This document shows, one piece after another, positions 13,201-25,200 of a stretch of DNA of 64,000 nucleotides. The DNA is taken from positions 499,363 through 563,362 of the forward strand of contig NW_018406858.1 of assembly GCF_002113885.1 (NCBI RefSeq), in the 5' to 3' direction. Each line of letters starts with the position of its first letter. Positions within the stretch are counted from its first letter, which is position 1. Source of the DNA: Mizuhopecten yessoensis. Lineage: Eukaryota. The translations under genes and the position numbers were made by a program. The notes beneath the pieces were generated by a model. It worked only from the letters and a program-made list of their open reading frames with translations, was not told the DNA's origin and made no database searches.

Positions 13201-16200
13201 AAATATAAAGTATATTCCAACTTTGTATTTACCACTGGTTTTTTTTACTTCTGGCTGACCCAAATTTCAAACCATGCTTGATGATTAAAAGGCCAAAAAA
13301 ATATCACTCAAATATATCCACCTAAGTGTTCTCTAAAAGTCATGTTTGTAATATAATTAAGTGCACTTTTTAATATCTAATACTAATACAGCACTCACAT
13401 TTAGCACATATATTAATTCAGAGGCATCGTCCCCAGGTTCTGACAAATTTCTGTATAGAAAATTTGGAAAAGCCAAAAACCTTTGAGACAGTTGGGCACA
13501 AGACCTACGTTTTTTATGTGACACCAACTCAGACATACAATGTAGTGATGTGTTGTGAGCTAAGGAACATGATTCTGTAGAAATGGGGCACTACACCTGA
13601 TTTAAGTACAGGTATGTGACACTCTGTCATCTCAAGAGGTACGTATAAAATTCGGCAACTATAGGTAAATTGAGATATGCCTAGCCAAAGTGTGTAAGGT
13701 GAACAAAGGGCCATAACTGTGGATGAGGTAAAACACAAGACCTGAAATAAGTTTACACACCAAAGTGATGTAAGGTGAACAAAGGGTCATAACTGTGGAT
13801 GAGGTAAAACACAAGACCTGAAATAAGTTTACACACCAAAGTGATGTAAGGTGAACTGAGGGCCATAACTGTGGATGAGGTAAAACAAAAGACCTGGTAT
13901 TAGTATACACACCAAAGTGATGTAATGTGAACTGAGGGCCATAACTGTGGATGAGGTAAAACATAAGACCTGATATTAGTATACACACCAACGTGATGTA
14001 AGGTGAACAAAGGGCCATAACGGTGGATGAGGTAAAACACAAGACCTGATATTAGTATACACACCAAAGTGATGTAAGGTGAACTAAGGGCCAGAACTGT
14101 GGATGAGGTAAAACACAAGACCTGATATTAGTATACACACCAAAGTGGGAATTGAAGGTGACACAGTTCATTGAAAATGCCTGAGACAGAGATATTTATG
14201 GTTGAAAAATTGTGCCATTACTCTGTATAAAGTGGAGTTCAAGGCCTGATTTTAGCATGCATAGTGCTATAAGCTTACTACAGTAAATGAGAGCCGTCGA
14301 TAAAGTGAAGCAGGAAACATAGGGCAATAAGTCTACACCTCGGACATTAACTGTAGACTTGGGACACTTACTGTAGACTTGGGACACTTCTCGTAGGCTA
14401 TGGACACTTACTGTAGACTTGGGACACTTCTCATAGGCTATGGACACTTACTGTAGACTTGGGATACTTCTCGTAGGCTATGGACACTTACTTTAGATTA
14501 TGGACACTTACTGTAGACTGTGGACACTTACTGTAGACTTGGGACACTTACTGTAGACTATGGACACTTACTGTAGACTATGGACACTTACTGCAGACTT
14601 GGGACATTTACTGTAGACTTGGGACACTTACTGTAGACTATGGACACTTACTGCAGACTTGGAATACTTACTGAAGACTTGGGACACTTACTTACTGTAG
14701 ACTTGGGACACTTCTCGTAGACTTCGGACACTTACTGTAGACTATGGACACTTACTGTAGACTTGGGACACTTACTGTAGACTATGGACACTAACTGTAG
14801 ANTGGGACAGTAACTGTAGACTATGGACACTACCTGCAGACTTGGGACACTTACTGCAGACTTGGGACACTTACTGTTGACTATGGACACTTACTGTAGA
14901 CTATGGACACTTACTGCAGACTATGGACACTTACTGTAGACTTGGGACACTTACTGTAGACTTGGGACACTAACTGTAGACTTAAAACACTTCTCATAGA
15001 CACTTACTGTAGACTTGGGACACTTACCGTAGACTTGGGACCCTTACTGTAGACTTGAAACACTTACTGAAGACTTGAGACACTTACTGTTTGAGCCATG
15101 GTGATACCAAAGGCACTGGCAAAGGATAGGAGGAATAACAGCAACACTGACATCACCTGTTACAGAAAAAGAATATGAGGAAAAACTGCAATGATACAGA
15201 AACATTGGTAAAAACATGGGTGAAAGCTATGCATACTTCGGTATCAAGAATTAACAAAGGGCCATAACTCTGTATATAACAGGCAAAATGTCTAATTTTA
15301 GTATCCTATATTTCACCTCTCCAAGCTACATTTGACAATTAGTGAACATAGTTGAAGAGCACTTTAGTTTTCCATTTTACAACACATAATAAGAACATTA
15401 AAGCATTAGTCGGTTTCAGGACATGAAAAATGGGACATATATTTACAAAAATAAATTCATATTTTTTCAATTACGCTTAACAATAAAAATCCAGAAACTC
15501 ATTTTTGCCAAATTAACCAAGGAATTTCTGTTAATGCTGCCCTTGTGTACCATGTATGAATTTTAATGCAATAGTATTAATAAATCACTTCTTAAAAGAA
15601 AGCAATACTTTTAGACAAAAAATTGATGAAATAAACAAAAAGAGATTTGATAGTGCAATGAGGCAGTGATCCTAACAGAAACAGTAGGACATACTGATCT
15701 TTTTTTCATATTGTCTACATTTAGAAAATGAAATTATTTCAAAATTAATGATTTGAAGAAAATACCTGAAATTGAAACCTAAGTGCATAATTATATAATT
15801 CACCAGTAGCTTGCAGATTTCTTACCTTCATCAGTGACTGAACTACCTCAGAGAACATCACAAAGTAGATTCCTATGGAGTCGAGTCTGAAAATACATGT
15901 ACGTCATTCAAATTAGGTCGCAAGAAACAGACAAGACCAGAACACAAAACATTTATCCTACTTCATCATAGCCAATGAAGCTCACATACCTTCTTACAAG
16001 TATTAGAAGATACATTCAGGTTTATTNNNNNNNNNNNNNNNNNNNNNNNNNNNNNNNNNNNNNNNNNNNNNNNNNNNNNNNNNNNNNNNNNNNNNNNNNN
16101 NNNNNNNNNNNNNNNNNNNNNNNNNNNNNNNNNNNNNNNNNNNNNNNNNNNNNNNNNNNNNNNNNNNNNNNNNNNNNNNNNNNNNNNNNNNNNNNNNNNN

Positions 16201-19200
16201 NNNNNNNNNNNNNNNNNNNNNNNNNNNNNNNNNNNNNNNNNNNNNNNNNNNNNNNNNNNNNNNNNNNNNNNNNNNNNNNNNNNNNNNNNNNNNNNNNNNN
16301 NNNNNNNNNNNNNNNNNNNNNNNNNNNNNNNNNNNNNNNNNNNNNNNNNNNNNNNNNNNNNNNNNNNNNNNNNNNNNNNNNNNNNNNNNNNNNNNNNNNN
16401 NNNNNNNNNNNNNNNNNNNNNNNNNNNNNNNNNNNNNNNNNNNNNNNNNNNNNNNNNNNNNNNNNNNNNNNNNNNNNNNNNNNNNNNNNNNNNNNNNNNN
16501 NNNNNNNNNNNNNNNNNNNNNNNNNNNNNNNNNNNNNNNNNNNNNNNNNNNNNNNNNNNNNNNNNNNNNNNNNNNNNNNNNNNNNNNNNNNNNNNNNNNN
16601 NNNNNNNNNNNNNNNNNNNNNNNNNNNNNNNNNNNNNNNNNNNNNNNNNACCATTACATACAGTAATCCATGTTACCATTACATACAGTAATCAACGTAA
16701 CCATTAAATACAGTAATCAATGTTACCATTACAAACAGTAATCCATGTAACCATTACATACAGTAATCCATGATACAATTACATACAGTAATCCATGTTA
16801 CCATTACATACTGTAATCCATGTTATTACTATTTCACAAAGTAATCCATGTTACCATTGCATACAGTAATCCCTGTTACCATTACATACTGTAATCAATG
16901 ATACCCTTACATACAGTAATCCATGTTACTATAACATACAGTAATCCATGTAACCATTACATACAGTAATCCATGATACCATTAAATACTGTAATCCATG
17001 TAACCATTACATACAGTAATCCATGTTACCATAACATACTGTAATCTATGTTACCATTACATACTGTAATCCATGATACCATTACATACAGTAATCCATG
17101 TTACCATTACATACAGTCATCCATGTTACCATTACATACTGTAAACCATGTTACCATTACATACAGTAATCCATGTAACCATTACCTACTGTAATCCATG
17201 TTACCATTACATACAGTAATCAATGTAACCATTACATACAGTAATCCATGATACAATTACATACAGTAATCCATGTTACCATTACATACTGTAATCCATG
17301 ATACCATTACATACAGTAATCAATGTCACCATTACATACTGTAATCCATGTTACCATTACATACTGTAATCCATGTTACCATTACATACTGTAATCCATG
17401 TTATTACTATTTCATACAGTAATCCATGTTACCATTGCATACAGTAATCCATGTTACCATTACATACTGTAATCCATGATACCATTACATACTGTAATCC
17501 ATGTTACCATTACATACTGTAATCTATGTTACCATTATATACTGTAATCCATGATACCATTACATACTGTAATCCATGTTATCATTACATACTGTTATCC
17601 ATGACACCATTACATACTGTAATCCATGTTACCATTACATACAGTAATCCATTTTACCATTACATACAGTAATCCATGTAACCATTACATACTGTAATCC
17701 ATGTTACCATTACATACATTAATCCATGTAACCATTACATACAGTAATCCATGATACAATTACATACAGTAATCCATGTTACCATTACATACTGTAATCC
17801 ATGTTACCATTACATACTGTAATCCATGTTACCATTACATACACTAATCCATGTAACCATTACATACAGTAATCCATGATACAATTACATACAGTAATCC
17901 ATGTTACCATTACATACAGTAATCCATTTTACCATTACATACAGTAATCCATGTAACCATTACATACTGTAATCCATGTAACCATTACATACAGTAATCC
18001 ATGTTACCATTACATACTGTAATCCATGATACCATTACATACTGTAATCCATGTTATCATTACATACTGTTATCCATGACACCATTACATACTGTAATCC
18101 ATGTTACCATTACATACTGTAATCCATGTTATTACTATTTCACAAAGTAATCCATGTTACCATTGCATACAGTAATCCATGTTACCATTACATACTGTAA
18201 TCCATGATACCATTACATACAGTAATCCATGTTACTATAACATACAGTAATCCATGTAACCATTACATACTGTAATCCATGTAACCATTACATACAGTAA
18301 TCCATGTTACCATTACATACAGTAATCCATGATACCATTAAATACTGTAATCCATGTAACCATTACATATATAGTAATCTATGTTACCATTATATACAGT
18401 AATCCATGTTACATGTATAACTATTACACAAAGTAATCCATACAGTTATTTGATACATTTAAATGATGTACAAACAGACTTACCATTACGAATATACTGA
18501 TGACTTCCCGTAAAAAGTACATGTTAGCTATGCCGATCAGAACGTTGTTGAAAGCTATCGCTGCTGGTTCCGTTACTTTTGTAAAGGAATAACTGCCGGC
18601 CTACAACAGAGACCATGATGACCTGAGATGTGTTAGGAAGGATAACAGGAGCAACAACAAAGAACATGAAGACCTGAGATGAGTAAGGAAGGATAACGGG
18701 AGCAACAACAGAGACCATGATGACCTGAGATGAGTTAGGAAGGATAACAGGAGCAACAACAGAGACCATGATGACCTGAGATGAGTTAGGAAGGATAACG
18801 GGAGCAACAACAGAGGATAAGAAAACATATCCCTACAAGTTCTATGATAATAGGTCCAAACTATCTACTTTACTTCTACCATAAAATGATTAGTCTAAAA
18901 TGTTGGGTCTACTCTGTTATGTGGGCAGATAAAGAAACATGTTTTTTTGTTGTAGACATGTTATCCATGTTGTGTAAATGTTAACCATAGTTGTTATACT
19001 AGATACCTTACCACCTATCTTATGACCATAGCTGTTATTAGAACAGCTGTTATTAGAACGTAAAACACAGACAAATCAAACCAAACTTACCGCCTTTAGA
19101 CTGGCAACAAGGACAGGGTCAGCAGCCACTGTGGCATTAACTATGACAGGACATGATCGGACATCATCCAGCAAACTGGTTGTGATCTTTGGTACTAGGC

Positions 19201-22200
19201 CAATGTAGGTGAGGAGGATGACCAAGTAAATCAGGTAACTAGCTAGGTTAAGGTAGAACAGGATACGCCCAAAGTTCCTCCTGTCAAACAGAAACATGGT
19301 GATATTATCACAGGTAAATCTGGAAATACATGTACATTTAACACGATTAGGACTTACTTAACCAGACACAGGTAAATCTGGTTATACATGTACATTTAAC
19401 AAGAGTAGAGACTTACTTAACCAGACACAGTTAAATCTGGTAATACATGTACATTTAACACGATTAGAGACTTACTTAACCAGACACAGGTAAATCTGGT
19501 AATACATGTACACTTAACACGATTAGAGACTTACTTAACCAGACACAGGTAAATCTGGTAATACATGTACATTTAACACGATTAGAGACTTACTTAACCA
19601 GACACAGGTAAATCTGGTAATACATGTACATTTAACACGATTAGAGACTTACTTAACCAGACACAGGTAAATCTGGTAATACATGTACATTCAACACGAT
19701 TAGAGACTTACTTAACCAGACACAGGTAAATCTGGTAATACATGTACATTCAACACGATTAGAGACTTACTTAACCAGACACAGGTAAATCTGGTAATAC
19801 ATGTACATTCCAGACACAGGTAAATCTGGTAGTACATGTACATTTAACACGAGTAGGACTTACTTAACCAGACACAGGTAAATCTGGTAATACATGTACA
19901 TTTAACACGGGTAGGACTTACTTAACCAAACACAGGTAAATCTGGTAATGCATGTACATTTAACACGAGTAGGACTTACTTAACCAGACACAGGTAAATC
20001 AGGTAATGCATGTACATTTAACACGAGTAGGACTATACAATAGTTATTTATTTAACCAGACACAGGTAAAACAGCTAATTATATACAGTTGGTTATTATT
20101 TTACCTGACGATATTCACAGTAAGACAGTACACTCTTACCTTACCCGATGACAAACACAGGTTAATCAGTAGAACCTACATGTACATTAACATTTAGCAA
20201 TTTTAGTTAAAAAAGTCCGTGTTGAAAATCATACGTTTGTAAAAGTAAGAACACAAAAAACATACAGCAAAGAAAATTTCATGGCTGGCTTAACTAGCGC
20301 AAATTGGGAAGACTGTTTTAATGCAAAGGATGTAGATAGTACATGGGTAGCCTTCAAAATCATTTTTATGACGGTTTTAGACACAGTTGCAGCTGTGAAA
20401 GAGGTACGAGTTAAACAACGGAGCGAACCATGGAATACACCAGAGATTTTAGAAAATATTAAACACAGAGATGGTTTCCTGAATTTATTCACAACTAGTA
20501 AAAATAATGAGGACTACATATCTTACTGTACCCTTAGAAACAAAGTACAAAGGGATGTAAAAGATGCTAAGTCAAATTACTTTTCGGAAAAAATAGAAGA
20601 AAACAAACATGATTCAAAGAAATTATGGCTGGATACTGGTTATTACAGACCAGTAAGTATATTGAGCATTGTCTCTAAATTATTGGAACGAACGGGGTAT
20701 TCGCAGATGGAAGCATTTCTGATAAAAAAAAAACAACCCACATGCTTTATGAATATCAATCAGGGTTTAGGAAGGCATACTCCACTGATACCTGTCTTAT
20801 ACATTTTCTAGACCACATTAAATGTAATACTAGTAAAGGTCTATACACTGGCATGTTGCTACTAGACCCTCGCAAAGCTTTTGACATGGTTGACCATGAC
20901 ATTCTGTGTGGCAAGTTGAAAATGATGGGTGTGACATCTGTAAATTGGTTTAGATCATATCTGAGTAACAGACATCAGACAGTCAAAATTAACGATATCT
21001 ACTCGGACCCAGCTACTATTACGTGTGGGGAACCACAAGGTAGTATTTTAGGCCCTCTTTTATTCTTATGATACATTTTTGTATGTCAACGATATGGCAA
21101 TCAGCATTGATGGAAAATGCAAATTACTATTATATGCCGATGCCAGTGTTATCCTTTTCGCACATAAAAGCCCAGAAATAATTTCCACGAAACTTGGTGC
21201 TGTACTTGAATCATGTGCAGAGTGGTTAGTTGATAATAAACTTTCGTTGAATTTAGGTAAAACAGAGAGCATGCTATTTGGAACGAAAAAAAATAAAAAT
21301 AAAATTGATCATTTTGAAATTGTCGCAAACAATCATACCATCAAATCAACAAACTCTGTGGAGCTAATATAGATTGTTGTATGTCTGGCGAAGAAATAGT
21401 AGAAAACATCGTGAGGAAAGTAAATTCTAGACTGAAATTTTTATACAGACAAAGCAAATGTCTAACTACAAAAACCAGACAAAGTTTATGTTCTGCACTT
21501 ATACAGCGTCACCTAGAGTATGCATGCTCCGCGTGGTACTCAGGATTGAACAAGAAAATGAAGAACAAATTACAGGTTTTACAAAATAAAGTTGTCAGAT
21601 TTATTAGCCAATTAGAACCCAGAACGAGTATCACTCCCACTGAACTGTTAAAGCTCAATATGTTAAATATAGAATATAGAGTCAAACAATTAAGACTCAA
21701 TCATGTGCACAAGAGTTTTTTATGTAAAATGTCCATCCTACTTAAACCTAAACTTCATAAAAGTGTCAGGTGTTCATCAGCATAACACACGATCGTGTCC
21801 TTTTAATTTTGTTGTTACACCATGTAAAGGGAAAGATACCTGTACTTTTTATTTTAACGGGATTCATGACTGGAATAGTCTGCCTGACAAAATCAAGGGT
21901 ATAAAATCCATATATGCATTTAAGGCAGCAGTGAAGAAACAACTCGCTTTTAAATTTCAAAATGCATGCTGATAACACAATTATATGTGAGTGCGGTGGC
22001 ACAAAACAAGTAGACTTTGCTGGTAGGGAGATCCCCAACCCTAAGAAAACAAACTTTGTGTCACTGCAATCCACGTGCTGAGGACATCTGTACCGTATAT
22101 TTTTGTTATTTAGAAATAGTTGAAAAGTCACGTTACATATTTTAAGTTGGGCTAACTATTTAAACCTGAACATATATATATATGTGTGTTTTTTAGATTA

Positions 22201-25200
22201 TATAGTCATTACGGAATTACTGAAGGTACTGACAATAAAGTTAATATGTTGTCATTCATTCCCTCCTGCCAAAATCTTTCCCCGTGATCAATATAACATG
22301 GACCCCATTGGAAATAAGCTTTCGAGCTTTCATGGGCTATCCTCAGGTTTATAGATCAATGTTTGTGTTGTATTAATTGTATAAATAAAATTACCTATAT
22401 CTTAAAATCAGTTATGAATTTTAGTTTCATATATGATATAATATTTTAAGATAATACAATGTTTTATTACTGACGATAATTTAATTCATGTAGGTTCATT
22501 AGTATTTGAGCGTCCGGAGAGCTTGTAGGAAGGGGATGCCCAATCACCTGCTCCTTGGACTGCCCCAAAAACCTGTGATATTCTGTTTAATATTTTTAGT
22601 AATATATATGTATGTTGTACTGTAATATGTATGTCAACTGTCATGTTACATGTGATGTCTATGATCTATTTCCTGAAATAAACATTATTATTATTTACTT
22701 GACCCGTTGTAAACATTACAATAATCCAGCCTTACATCAGTCTGACGTTAATGATGACTCACCACTTCATGAGGAGGAGACTTTGTACGAGGGTGTGGCC
22801 CAAAAGATCCTCTCGTTTCCTTTCCACCATTGTCTGCCAACCAAGTGCAGCAAGCATGACAATTATTCAAAATACAGAAAACTACCGTAGTATGGTAATA
22901 AGAAGGCCATTGTGAAATGAGGCTCATTTCACCATTTATTATGGTCATATGAAACGCCCATGGTGGAATGAAGGCTACCATAAAAAAAAATTCTGACCAT
23001 TTTTTTCCTTTTTTCATTAATTTTCTTTTAGTTTACTTCGATGTGTTCTGCTATACATATGAAAATCTCAAAAATAAAGTCTGAGAAATCAAGAGTGGGA
23101 CAGGGGGTTTACTTTTCCATTATGGTGAAATGAAGGGTTTTAGCCAGTTAAATCAGGGGTAGAGAAATTTAGGGTTGGGCAGGGGGGCTTATAAGGTGAC
23201 ACCCCCTGTGTAACCCTAAATTTCTCTACCCTGAGACTTATTTTTTGTGATTTTCAGATAGAAAACATCAAATTGAAGTACACTAAAAGAAAACAAACAG
23301 AAACAAGTTTGTCAGAAAAGAAATTGGTGGTAGCCTTTATTCACCATGGGCGGTTCATATGACCATAATGGTGAAATGAACTGCGGTTCATTTCACTGTG
23401 GCCTTCATATTACCATACTACAGCAATATAACATTTAACCGTGACATTTATACTTGTTTTACAGATGAATAAAGTTACCACTCTGTATGAGATTTATGTA
23501 AAAATCGTTGAAGTTTTCAGATTGAGTTTTTAATGTGGATACATCAAGGTGTTTATATTTTTTAACATGGTTTTGACAAAAGGTTTCACTGTACCCATAC
23601 AACATTTGTACCTACATTAACAGCGAAGTATCTGATTTGCGCACAGCTGAGATCACCTGGCCCTGGATCAAGGTACTTGAAGTCGTGTTTAACCTGAAAA
23701 GTGGATTATTTTTAAGATACACAGTGCATCAATTTGTATTCACCTAAGACATTCGGAGCAGATTATGCTATCAAACTGTTGGTCCATCTGTCTAATTTTT
23801 GCTTAACATTTTTACATTAAAATCATATGAAAACAGAAAAGACACCTATTGTAACAAGGGATGCTGTGTTAATGCAAATAAGAATAACGATTCTTAGATG
23901 CCATTGCAAAGTGTGAACCAATGATTAAAATATCATTAGAAAACACAGCATCTTAAAGTATTGAATCTTTTTTAAACTTTATGTATGTGAACCAAGCTTG
24001 CATTCATGATTAGTCGACAGTGACATGTATTTCCCTCTCCTGGTTTCATTCTTTGCATTGGTATATTTCATATGTTTGTAATGCTCTGTTATGCAGTGTT
24101 CTTGTTTATGACATCAGGTAGGAGAGATGTACGGTAAATTATCTTTTCTGTACTAATTCACTTTTCTTATTACTCAGTATTATCTATAAATGATTGAAAA
24201 CATATGATCCTCTGGTACTAGAATTTTAAATTGAGGTTTCACACAGAATCAGGTGAAGTACTAAATATATCATGAAATACAGGTATATACAGTTAACATT
24301 ATAGAGATATGATATGATTCTTTTAAACAATAAAATGGAGCTATATACTGCCGTTAAACACCATTCAATTCATTTATTGATTTTAGGCATTATATATTAC
24401 AGTCCATCAGTATAACATACATAATTATACATGAGAGAACAGCATGGGGAACATTTCAATGAGTTGGAATTATATAGATTATGTCCCTAGCTTATTAGCT
24501 TCAAAAATGAATTTACCAAGAACACAAAGTATTTCTATAAATGAACATTGATGTTTTTTTCTCAGTAGAAGTTTTGAATATAACAACTTCTATAACTCAC
24601 AGTGTATTGAAGGTCATCCTTCCTATGGTCCGAGTACTCCAAACAGTTGTCCATTACCACCTGGTCAGTATAGGTCAAACCAGTCAATACACGGCAACAC
24701 ATTACAATATACGCTGTACTATTAACATTTAAAAGTGAAACTTCCTACATTTAAAAACAAAAACACATTTGTCACTAATTTGAAGTTCCATTAAAGTACT
24801 GTGCGATGTATTGGTGCTAATCAATGCTTATTGTGGAGAACTATTGAAACACCACTGAAACACCAATGATTTTGGGACCATTTCTTTTAGCTAAGGGTAC
24901 TTAAACAAACATGAAAGAAAACAAAGTCTTTCTCTGCACGTAACCTGTTCATTGATCATTTGACATTCTATAAATTATGCTATATGCATTACTAGATTTG
25001 TTAAGTTACTGAAGTGTCTCTGACACCAGGTGTGAATGTAACAAGGTGTGTCAGTAAACTAGATTACCTGACAATAAACCAGATTACCCGACAATAAAGC
25101 AGATTATCTGACAATAAACCAGATTACCTGACAATAAACCAGAGTGAAAATTTAAAAGCAGATTACCTGACAATAAAACAGATTACCTGACAATAAAACA

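Noticed and set aside
15966-16691. Three ORFs longer than 200 aa
   Set aside because: They are translations of the N gap
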